This document shows, piece after piece, positions 10,740-21,744 of a DNA stretch of 64,000 nucleotides. The stretch comes from Neoechinorhynchus agilis (taxonomy: Eukaryota; Animalia; Acanthocephala). The position numbers and the translations under genes are program-made. A model generated the notes under the pieces. That model was not told the origin of the DNA. It worked only from the letters and a program-made list of their open reading frames with translations, and searched no databases. Positions within the stretch are counted from its first letter, which is position 1; each line of letters starts with the position of its first letter. Where the stretch lies: assembly GCA_051530055.1 (NCBI GenBank), contig CM121342.1, positions 186,001-250,000 on the forward strand, in the 5' to 3' direction.

Positions 10740-13700
10740 GAATATTTCGTTTTTCTCTTCTTCACTTGCCAGATCCACGCCTTGTTGTCCCGACAAACCA
10801 TTCGAATAATTTGCTATAGTTATCCACTGTTGTCTGAATGTTCAAGGGGCACTCTTTGTTCTCCATCCTTGAGCACATCGGCCGCAAGCCTTAAGATGTT
10901 CGCGAAGTACATGGTTCTGTTGCGTCGTCTCTTGGTCCCGATCTAGAAATATATTCAGGCCTCGTCGCCTAACACAAGGGTAGGTGTCTGATTCATCAGA
11001 ACGGATATTATATACGTATCTTCTGAAAACTGGAGCAAAAGATTCGGCTTTCTTGCTTATAAAAAGGTAGTGGACCGTAAAATCACACGAGTGTGCTTCG
11101 GCAGCTGCGAACATCACAAACATTGGCTGTCATGGCGCCGAGTCATTATGGCTGAGGTGCATTCATATCCATTGAGTACATGAGAAGGGGATTCGACCTT
11201 CTCGCTACAACGCCGACACGACTTGCCACGTTGATGGCCCATTCGGTTAAGGACTGAACCAACCTCTAAGAGCTGAAGCCGAAGCTTTACGTGCTTTACG
11301 TAAGAGTTGTACCGAGCTTGTCTATACCGAAACGATATAAGATTTCGGTCAACAAGCCCGTCCGTAAAGCACTCATGACCATGCGTTTGCTTCGTCGCGT
11401 CTTTACGTTTGGAATATTCCGCGTGAATTTACTGACTAAGCTCGTGTTGGTCACTTAGCTTTTTGAGGTGGTCCGTTAGTGAACCGATCTCTTTGCGGAG
11501 ATCAATGGCGCTTCCGAATTTATCCAAAACTGCTCTCAAAGCATTGAACCGTGTGCACTGCACTTCCTGCTCCAGGCTTCTGAATCCTAGACCACCTTTT
11601 GAGAGTGGCACATAAAATGCGCCATCGCTGAGATTCCTCGGAAGCTTGGGGAGGTTCTTCAATTTAGATCTCCACAGCTCGTCGATACGTCTCAGGTTCG
11701 TGGACGATATATCCCATGAGGCTCCGAGCTTAGCCAACAGGGATGGCACCGCGTAATCATTCAATAGGTGCGCTGCCTGTGTTGGCGATACAAGGGCGCT
11801 CCTAGCAACGGCAAAAAGGTTTTCCAGTGCGCTTTTCGCTTCATCTAGTGTGGTCTCCTTCCACTGAGTGTCGCCTAGGTACTTCACTGGATCGCCTTCG
11901 ATGATGGCTTTGAGTACGACTCCGTTTATGCGGATACCGGACTTATGTCCACCACCAACTTTCTCCCTCTAGTGCTTTGCCGATATGTTTGACATTTTTC
12001 TGGGCTCAGAAAGAGCATGTTCTCTTTGAGCTTAACTTGAAGAATGTCAATAATTTTTGGACGTTCGCGTAATCATCCGCCAGTAGAAGGACATCGTCCA
12101 TGAAGATTGCGAACCTCTTGCAGTGCCTCGTCGACGCAAATCGCGAATAGCAATGGGGATAGCGGGGTCTCCTTGCTTCACTCCTCTTAGGAGCCTGATG
12201 GGATCTGAGGGCCTCGAATTAGACATGTGGATCCTCGTACGGCTTCCGCGGAATGTGTTCATCACATATCTGCTAAGATAGTGTTACGAAGTGGTTTCTC
12301 AAGCGCACCGTGCGACACAAAAGATTCGCCGTTCATTCTTATCGAAGGGGGTGTTGACCGTGAAATCGCAGGAGTATGCTGCGGCAGCAGCACCGAGGTG
12401 AACTTCCAGTAGTACATTCGCGTCCGAGACGCTAAGTGCAACGTTTTGATAGTACTCCATGTTGCTGTGTACCTCCGTTAAGGTCTTCGAAGATACCTTT
12501 CTCCATAACGAAGGGTTACCTAGTACATGGTAAGCGATCGCACAGAGTAACTGACGAGGACCTCTGCTCAGCTTAATGATCCTCAGGCCCATCTCCCTCG
12601 CTCTGGAGGTAGTAGGCACTTCAGTGCTACGCAGGCAGCACAAGTACTGTTCATACCGCGACGCTGCCGCATCCACAAAATCACCATTCGGTGGACCTTC
12701 TTTGTGTCTTAAGACACGTCCCTCGTTCTCGAGGTGACTGCGCTGTCGAGGATGTAAATCCTCTTTACCGAGAACCACGGTAACAAACTCGTACGGTTCG
12801 GCAACAGTAAAAAATGTTGGCTCGACAATACAGTCAAGTGCATAATGATCGCATTCACTCGCCGAACAAGACTATAGCGTACTCATCATGGAACTTTCAT
12901 GGCCGGCTGGTTTTACGTTACCTGCAAAGCCAGGTGATTCTTGGTCAGAGGGTGGGTTTTCTTCAACGTAGTCGTCCGTAGGCCGGGTCAAAGAGGTAGA
13001 CAACTCGATTGCACCATCTCCACACAAACTGTGCAAAGCGCTGTTCAGATTGTCCGCAGCTTGATCGATAAATTTTGCTGTATGACATGCATCCTCTCCC
13101 GGTACGTCATCGGATTCCTCGACTGTGCTGATTGCGGCTTCGTGTTCGTCTTCTTCGGTTATTGGCTCGAGGACTAGGGCGGCCCTTTCCTGTTATGAAT
13201 TATGATCATGGTTGCCATCGCTCAATGTGGGCCTTCAAATGAGCTTCTTCGCGTATGTTGCCACGTCGTACTGTCCGATCTTTTTCGCATTGAGTTAGAT
13301 GCGCACGCGCGCTAACGCATTTTCCGTACTCATTCATGTTGCACGCTCTGCAAAATATGTAATCTCGGATATTCCGTGAGCTCTTCTTATATGCGTTCTT
13401 TGTTTTTCACTTCCTTAGGTGCAGCCCAACACTCTTTGATTCGCTGTTCTTGAAGTCGCTACAGACAGGACCATGTAATCTGCCGAATTGTGTGTTCCGA
13501 GACCAGATGATCGGTGAAGACTCTCTTCTTCGTCTTTCCAACCGCATGAAATTCGCATGTATTCAGTTGCTCACTTCGGGCAGCGTGCTTTGCGTAAACA
13601 GGGCAGACAAGGGGCTCATCAGGATCAACGTTATGATCAATTTCGATCGGCGACGGTTATCATTCGTGACATAACCGGACTGATGAATTGAGTTGTTAAT

Positions 13701-13791
13701 TTCCAGCTGGCGTCATCTATAATAGAAAGCGCAACCCACGGTGGATTGGGGAGTAACATCTGACTTCTTTATTGTGGGTTTGTTTGGAAAA
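10740..13791 (-). mobile_element. R2-like family A with complete 5' end (UTR, 4 zinc fingers, OTU-like domain), internally deleted and rearranged
   Basis: Zinc fingers ~13280-13620; GLRIIKL..AAAAAYSCDF at 12300-12592; RT GVKQGDP; thumb LSKGGLG; CCHC. A second OTU-end/linker piece lies at 10842-11128. Confidence 0.88.
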
Positions 13792-13820
13792 GTCATATTT
13801 ACGTCCACCGTTTACTCGCG
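13792..13820 (-). pseudogene. 28S-derived 5' leader of family A
   Basis: CGCGAGTAAACGGTGGACGTAAATATGAC versus the host 28S CGCGGGTAAACGGTGGACGTAACT at 37806-37829. Confidence 0.85.
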
Positions 13821-13956
13821 TGTTTGTTAGAAATAGACGCTGGCATGACGGACCAGGGGTCCTGAGGCAAAACGTAAATTGATGTTGAGCGAGGGCCTGA
13901 TTGTATTTTAGAAAATTGATGTTGAGCGAGGGCCTGATTGTATTTTAGATGTTTAC

Positions 13957-13997
13957 AAAACCTGAAGAGGAGACCGGCGAGTCTCGAAAATTCGATT
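13957..13997 (+). ncRNA. Hammerhead ribozyme relic in a solo PLE pLTR
   Basis: CTGAAGA-G-GAGAC cggcga GTCTC-GAA-AATT-C followed by AATAAATAAAT; stem I is imperfect. Confidence 0.6.
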
Positions 13998-14029
13998 AAA
14001 TAAATAAATGTCTGGGTGAAAGACGTCAC

Positions 14030-14640
14030 AAAAACAATTTCCTGTATGTTATTTGCTTGAAATCAGAAGATATTGCATTAGCACGGGTTTTTTAATTATT
14101 AAACATATGACGTTTTTTTGCAACGAGTAAGCGGCGGACGTTGCGAAAAATCTAAAGCACAATAAAACCACTGCTGTCGATTTTGGTTTTAATGTATGCT
14201 ATTCGCTCAAAATAAGTTGATATGTCGTGAGCACGGTTTCTAATTTTTGAGCAGATGAGGTCATATTTTTGATGTAAAAACGAAAAAACTGAAACACCAA
14301 TTATACGCTGCCGTTGATTTTTGTTTTCCTGGATGTTATTTGCTCGAAATCGGAAGATGTTGCTTGAGCAAGTGTTTTAATTTTTAAAACTTATGGCGCT
14401 CTTTGCAACGAGTTAGCGGCGGGCGTAACTTTGACTGCAGCAATAAAACACTGCAGTTGATATCTGTTTTCCTGTATGTTATTTTCGAGCTTTTTCGTTG
14501 TTTATACCGAAAACATATTAAATCCATTGTCATAGTTACGCATCAGTTTTAAAAATTAAAACACGTGCTCATGCAAAATACCGTGATTTATAGCAAATAA
14601 TATACCGCAAAACCGAGTCGACTGCAGCGTTTTATTGCTA
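14030..14640. repeat. AT-rich satellite, ~135-145-bp unit
   Basis: Repeated aataaaacactgc..ttttcctgtatgttatttgctc..gaagatattgcatgagcac; same family as 48610-49907. Confidence 0.85.
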
Positions 14641-15474
14641 CTTGATTTTCCTCATTTTTATATCGAAAGCACGTTAAATCCATAACGGGTTTACCAATAA
14701 GAGAGTAGTTACGTCCGGCTTAGATTTGTTGAGATGTAGTGTAAAATGAACAGCATCATTGAACGTTGTCCCATCTTGCTTGGTGGATCCATGGCATGAA
14801 AAACTTGCAAGCGGGTAAGACTTGAAAAGCTTTTTGAGTTTTTGTCATGCGACGATTTCATTGATGTTATCGACTTTTGTTGACGTTTTCAAATTCAATG
14901 ATCTTTCACGTTTGTTACTTTTTACGAATTCAACAAATGCGGGTTTCGACTTCAATACGAATGGCATAAATCGCCTTATATGTTTCTATTTTTTAAATTT
15001 TTTTCATTTAGTTAACATTAATGACACGTTTATTTATTTGTGAGTTAATAAAGCAAAGGAACCATGTATCTTTGGGTCCTCCGAACACTCTAATGAGCAG
15101 GGGTTGTGTCTTTTGTCCGGTTCATGATTATTTAAATTTTGACGTCCAAACAGATCTTGAACGTTGTTTCGCTTTTTTGGTAGATTTTTTGGTGTGCTAG
15201 TTGATTTTGATTTGTTCGATTTTGGTTGGTTTAATTTGTAGTTGTTGTCTTTTGTTCTTTCCTCTAAATCAATTCGCATTTGGAGGATTGAGCAGTGAGG
15301 AAAAAAGAGCGGAGGTACAGATTTGTGCGAGGAACTGAAGGATGGAAAATGTTGGGACTACGAGTGTTGTAAGTGTGAGAAAAGGAGAAATGTGAGGCGC
15401 TTTGAGTGCTTTTGAAAGATTAGAGAGAGGTGTTTCTAAGGGCGCACCTCTTGTTAAAAGTATTACTTTTTTAT

Positions 15475-15600
15475 GAATTATTGTTTAGGTCTACACCCGG
15501 TAAATGATTATTTATTAAAGACGTTTCGAACCTCGACGGGTTCATAATCAAACGTCTACAGAAATAATCATTTACCCGGTGCAGACCTAATCAATAATTC
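15475..15600. repeat. 39-bp inverted repeat enclosing a degenerate hammerhead (PLE inverted pLTR)
   Basis: Arms 15475-15513 and 15562-15600; the loop on the minus strand reads TTGATTA-TGAACC cgtcga GGTTC-GAAACGTC. Confidence 0.75.
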
Positions 15601-16330
15601 CAATGACATTCCCCGGTACCTCAACTATCGACATTAAGTTTTTTGAATAGTTTAGAAGAAAAATTGCAGAAGGTTGGATATGCGTAGGTGAGTGTTGGTA
15701 GGATGGCGGACATTTAGAAGTACTTAAGGATTTTGGATGATAATCCAATTTAAGGAGTTGGAGGCGATTAAGAAGATAGAGCTTAATGGGCTCTTTGTGC
15801 AACAATATTGATGTGTGCTTGCCCCACTTCAGATTTTTCTGAAAATAAATACCAAGTGCTGTTTGATTGAGAGAGTAACTCGGAAGAGCTGCAAGTCGCC
15901 GCATGTGCATGAGTCTCTCCTCCGATTCAGGCCGTAGACTCATGGGTTGATTGTGCGATGGCAAAAAATTACTTTTTATATAGTGTGGTGCGAGGGAGAG
16001 GCGGATTGAATCTGTTCGGACATCGCATATTTCGGACAGGTTCCCTTGGCGAGATGAACGGGAGAAATTTACATGGAAGGGAACGCAGGGAGGTCATGTA
16101 TTTATCGAAGATTTTGGAAAGGTGTTCTTCGATCGGTGGGAGGTCCTTGGAGCAAATTTTGCAGGCTTGCTTATTTAAGGAGGAAAGCAAGCGCAGTTGA
16201 TGGGTGGATAAATTGCAAAAGGTTGGGTATGCATATGAGATTGCAGGGACCACAACGGACCAATAGAAATGTGCTAGATCGCGTGGGCTGACTCCGAGGA
16301 AACGCAAGCGCTTGATAAAATACAATTTAG
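15600..16330 (-). pseudogene. L2/Crack/CR1-group LINE 3' remnants (two pieces)
   Basis: YFIKRLRFLGVSPRDLAHFYWSVVVPAISY..PPLPRT and LGIYFQKNLKWGKH..KLYLLNRL are typical post-RT motifs of this group. Confidence 0.7.
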
Positions 16331-16332
16331 CA

Positions 16333-18655
16333 GCAACACACCTATTCAGGAAATTTTCGAGGCACTCGAAAAAGGGCAGGTTATCTCTAATTGGTTTGTT
16401 CTTTTCGCCGCCTCAGCGGTCTATCATTGCGACTTCGTTATTTATAACAACGATTGCAAGCATCCGAAGAGTCATGTGTACTGGTGCCACTTCAAATGTC
16501 TTTACTCTATGGGAAGACAAAAATGGCCTCTTTCCATGCGTTCGTTGCCTCGGTTTAACTAAAAACCATGCACGTTCAATCAACGCAAAACGAAATAGAG
16601 CGCTGTACTTTTCGGACACCGTGAAGCTAGCTAAAGAGACGTTTAAGGGTTCTCAACAGAGAGAATGCGCTTTAAATCCTGCCGAAGTCACCTTTCACAA
16701 TTCTTTCCAACTAATAACGTATCACGAGATTGAACAAGCAATTAAAAGAATTAAATCTTCTGCAGCAGGTCGTCACAAGATAACATTACGACAGATTAGA
16801 GCCTTTGACCCAACGCTATGTGGCATGACTGTTTTGCTAAGCACTATAATACACAGCGGGTTTCCTCCCGACCCACTTCACGAGTCCAAAACAATAATGA
16901 TCCCAAAATCAAACGCTTCTTCCCACAAATTTAAGTCGATAGGTGGATGGAAGCCGATCACTATCTCGTCGCAATTCGTGCGTATACTTCATCGCGTCCT
17001 GCTGAAACGATTGAAGGAATCCTGCAAACTGAACGAAGGCCAGGCCGCGTTTGACCCTTCTGCATGTTCCTGCAACCTTCGTATTATAAAGGCTGTTATC
17101 CGACAATGTCGCGCCCGTAAAGTGCCACTCTCAGTAGCAGTACTCGACATTACGTCCGCCTTTGATACTGTCGCTCACTGTGCCCTCGATTCTGCACTCC
17201 GCAGTAAGAATTGCCCGGAGTATCTACGCAGATATATAATGGCGTCTCATTCTTCTGGTTACACTCGCATCAAGTTGAACGGTCAGCCACCGTCAGTGTC
17301 GATTCGTTTTAGCAGAGGGGTCAAACAGGGTGATCCTCTTTCACCCCCTTTATTTGCTTTAATAATGGACGATATCCTCGACGACCTGTCGAATTCACAG
17401 TTAGGGTGCAAGCTGCGGAATGATTTATCTCTTTCCCACCTTGTGTATGCCGACGATGTCCTCTTTTTGGCGGACAACGACTCAAATCTTATAGTGATGG
17501 TCGATATGATTGTAAGCGGACTGCAACGAAAGGAACTTTCACTGTCTGTCGAAAAATGTTGCCACTATAGCCACACGTATAACAATGGCAAACTTTGCAT
17601 CAAATACAAAGCGACAATACACATATCCGGTAGTCCTGTTAGCCCAGTCATTGAAGGGGAACCTGTGAAATATCTCGGAGGTCACCCGTGGAAAAACACG
17701 TCGTTTGAACAGGCTTCACTTGAACTGGGCAGGCTCTTTAATGAGGTCAAAGATGCGCAGTTGCACCGAACGCAATCGGCACATTTAATAAACGACTACG
17801 CAGGCCCCGTATATGTTGGAAAAATCGCCGCCGCTTGGGGCTTTTCGCCCACTGATTTCACTAAGATCGATATTATGTGGAGAACGCGGCTTAAGAGCAT
17901 ATTGCAGCTGCCCGACACGTTTCGGACGGTGCGTTTCACCTACCACTGTCTGGGTTATCGATCAATCTACAACGAAATCATGGCGATGCGCTTTAATTCC
18001 GTTCAAAAAGTGCTGGCCCGGTTTAATGGCCTTGTCAATGTCTCAAAGGAGGTAACGCAAATTAATAAGTTCCTCGAAGGTCTAGGAATCAACGAACAAT
18101 GCGGGAGCTTGAATGTCAATATAAACATTAATTCTTCTATTCACAGATCATTGATAAGTCTCTGGAAAGAGGCAATGACTCAAAGTCAAGGGCTCGACTG
18201 TTTCACGAATGGCATGTTCGAACGGAATTTAATCTCCTTCCGGTATCGGCAAGACCGGTACAGTTCATATGTCGAACAAGTAAAGCTACGGCTTCAATTA
18301 TTGGACGTAGGTTCGGTGTTGGCACGAATGGATCCCAAGCAGAAAAAGTCATGCTGAAACTGCACGGCTCCAAATGAGACACAAGTTCATGTGTTGAACA
18401 TGTGTGACCACTCCTCAACATCGATATCCAAAAGACATGATCATGTGCAGAGTCGACTTACTTAGACTCTGAAGAAGGAACAAGGCGTAGACTTCGAGGT
18501 CGTCAAAGGAAATAGATTCCATGATTCGGCCGGCAATCTTTACAAGCCAGATCTTATCCTGCATTGCAAGCACACTGGTACAGTACATTGGGTTAAGAGG
18601 CACCTATAGCCATTCTCTTCTTAAGCGGCTTCGGATCCTACACATAGACATACGT
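16333..18655 (+). mobile_element. R2-like family B, 5'-truncated inside the OTU-like domain; RT ORF open to 18357; RLE partly deleted
   Basis: WKPITISS, LDITSAFDTVAH, GVKQGDPLSP, YADD, KYLGGHPW, ETQVHVLNMC, KPDLIL. Confidence 0.92.
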
Positions 18656-18659
18656 ACTG

Positions 18660-20896
18660 CACGAGGCGGCGTAATCGAGCCCTGCATTTCGCGAACACTC
18701 CAAGGCTTGCGGACGAGGTGTTCAAGGATGCAAAGCGGCGAGATTGTACACTTAGCATTGATCACACAGTGGATCATTATAGAAAGCTATTCGAAGGGGA
18801 TGATCAAGCTCATACCAGGCCGGCTACTTCTGAACCTACAACGGATGAGCGGTGGCCGTCAATCACAGTGGTGGAGGTTAAAAATGCCTTGAAAGGCATA
18901 AAGACCTCAAGCGCTTCTGGGCCCGACCGAATAACGGTGAGAGACATCCGTGCCTTCGACCCGTGCTTGGTTGGGATGACGTTGTTGTTCAACTTCGTCA
19001 TGCAAACTGGTCGACCACCACAGTCGTGGTTCGAGTTGAAAACTCTACTTTTGCCAAAGGCGAGCGCGCCACCAGCGAAGCTAAAAACTCAGAGTGGCTG
19101 GAGACCTATAGCGATCTCCTCCATTATAATACGGATCCTGCACCGCATTCTAGTTGGAAGGCTTCGATGAGTATGCAGCCTCGATGATGGACAAACGGCG
19201 TTTGACCCTTCGGCATGTTTTGCTAATTTACTAACTTTGCGGAGCGTAGTAAGAGAGAAAAGGGCAAACAAGCAACCTCTTGCAGTTGCCGTGCCGGTCA
19301 ACACCCCCTTCGATAAGAATGAACGGCGAATCTTTTGTGTCGCACGGTGCGCTTGAGGAACCACTTCGTAACACTATCTTAGCAGATATGTGATGAACAC
19401 ATTCCGCGGAAGCCGTACGAGGATCCACATGTCTAATTCGAGGCCCTCAGATCCCATCAGGCTCCTAAGAGGAGTGAAGCAAGGAGACCCCGCTATCCCC
19501 ATTGCTATTCGCGATTTGCGTCGACGAGGCACTGCAAGAGGTTCGCAATCTTCATGGACGATGTCCTTCTACTGGCGGATGATTACGCGAACGTCCAAAA
19601 ATTATTGACATTCTTCAAGTTAAGCTCAAAGAGAACATGCTCTTTCTGAGCCCAGAAAAATGTCAAACATATCGGCAAAGCTATAAATGCGGGAAGCTGG
19701 TAGTGGACATGGAGTCCGGTATCCGCATAAACGGAGTCGTACTCAAAGCCATCATCGAAGGCGATCCAGTGAAGTACCTAGGCGACACTCAGTGGAAGGA
19801 GACCACACTAGATGAAGCGAAAAGCGCACTGGAAAACCTTTTTGCCGTTGCTAGGAGCGCCCTTGTATCGCCCACACAGGCAGCGCACCTATTGAATGAT
19901 TACGCGGTGCCATCCCTGTTGGCTAAGCTCGGAGCCTCATGGGATATATCGTCCACGAACCTGGAGACGCATCGACGAGCTGGGTGGAGATCTAAATTCG
20001 AAGAACCTCCCCAAGCTTCCGAGGAATCTCAGCGATGGCGCATTTTATCTGCCACTCTCAAAAGGTGGTCTAGGATTCAGAAGCCTAGAGCACGAAGTGC
20101 AGTGCACACGGCTCAATGCATTGAGAGCGGTGCTGGATAAATTCGGAGGCGCCATTGATCTCCGCAAAGAGATCGGTTCGGTAACAGACCACCTCAAAAA
20201 GCTTAGTGACCAACCCGAGCTTAGTCAGAAATCCGGAAAACATTCCGGGTCCAAGACGCGACGGCAAACGGCCGGTTTGCGGCCACGACGGTTTGCCGAC
20301 CGAACTCAACGTTCAAGAGGACAAGCTCGGCAAGAATTTGCCGCAGATCATGGAAGTTCCGGTCAGCTCGACACCGACCAAACCGGCAAACCGAAATTTG
20401 ACCATCAACGGCAAGCTCGCCGGCAAGCACGAGAAGACGAATCCATTCCGGCCACGATGAGTACACCGTCGACGCCGACTTTGCCGCCCTGATAGTGACC
20501 AAAACAGTGCCGAACATGAAGTCGTCTTAGCCAAATTGAGGCCGAAGAACCACGATGACGAGGCCGTAATCAAGGAACGATCTCATTTGCCGCCTGTCCG
20601 AAAAGAAGGTAAATAGCAGACGTTGCTGTCCACTACGAGACTTGAAGAGATCGTGGTGAAGCTGTCATGAAGGGCAAGGAAGACAAGTACGAACCAATTG
20701 TTCCGGTAGTGGCCGCACACTTTAAAGTTGAACAACATAAAGTTGCCACTATTGGTCTCGCAGTGGGGTCACGTGGGACATTTACCCAATCCTTGCTCCG
20801 CCGCCTCAAGCTCCTCTCTATGGGGAATAAAACGGCGTTGAATATGGCAAAAAAAGCGGCAAAACAGTCGTTGGCCGTATTCCACGCTTTTATGGG
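18660..20896 (+). mobile_element. R2-like family A, 5'-truncated at the RT linker, defective
   Basis: RRRNRAL linker, WRPIAISS, GVKQGDP, thumb, and RLE end AVGSRGTF..FHAFMG. The stretch 20230-20600 is garbled. Confidence 0.88.
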
Positions 20897-21744
20897 CTCG
20901 CAGTGTCGGACTTTACTTTGGGCGATGCAAATCAATTCAATGCGACAAATTCAGAAACAGTATTGAGTATAACGGCACCATCCGCAATTATCTTATACAA
21001 ATCCGGATGGCAACAATCGACCACAACAGGAAGAGAAGATGTCAGCATTCTACGGCCCAAGCTGAAACACAACTGCATGTGCTCAACAGCGGCCCCTACA
21101 GTCGAGGCAGGATGATAGAGCACCACGATGCCGTCCTAAATCGATTCCCATGGGTTCCAAACAAGAGATGGGGTTCTCGGTTTGAAGTTCCAATTGAGAA
21201 TAGTACCCACGATCCTGGAGAGCAGGTGTAAAAACCGGATGCAATATTAGTCAATTAAAACGCACAAGAAGCGATCATAGTTGGCTTTGCCGTCTACTAC
21301 GAAAATACAAATGAACGCACAGAAGAAATTATGACTGCGAAAGAGGATAAATATAACGCAATTATAGAAGAGGTAGCAATAAAGCTGGATTTTCCTCCTC
21401 AAAGCATTTCGACAATGGGAATCGCTGTCGGCTCAAGAGGTAGCTATTCAAATGAATTGATCAAGCGGCTAAAAAAATTAAATTTGTTAATTAAAACCGC
21501 TTTGAAAATGGCTACAACTTCGGCAGAGAAGAGCTTAAATGACGTTCCACCTTTTCATGACACGAAGCAGAAGAATCAATAATCTTTAAATAACAATGTA
21601 TGGAACGCAATTAAAATAAATGAAGAATCAGCTATAAACAAAAATATGGAAAAAATTGATCAAAAGTATAAAACCCGTGTGAAAGAACATATCTCCAAAA
21701 TAAATGCATGCCTAGCCAAATGCGCCATCATCCAATTAGCGACG
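20897..21744 (+). mobile_element. Unit-2 copy of the ZF-RLE deleted element ending at a 28S fragment (21713-21744)
   Basis: AATAAATGCATGCC|TAGCCAAATG at 21699-21722. Confidence 0.8.

Noticed and set aside
20230-20600. Apparently novel GC-rich ORFs (19896-20492, 20206-20460) inside family A
   Set aside because: The stretch is a T-depleted, garbled version of 35350-35810 (shared islands gacaagctcgg, gaccatcaac, gagtacacc, atgacgaggccg). It is most likely an unpolished read segment, not a gene.
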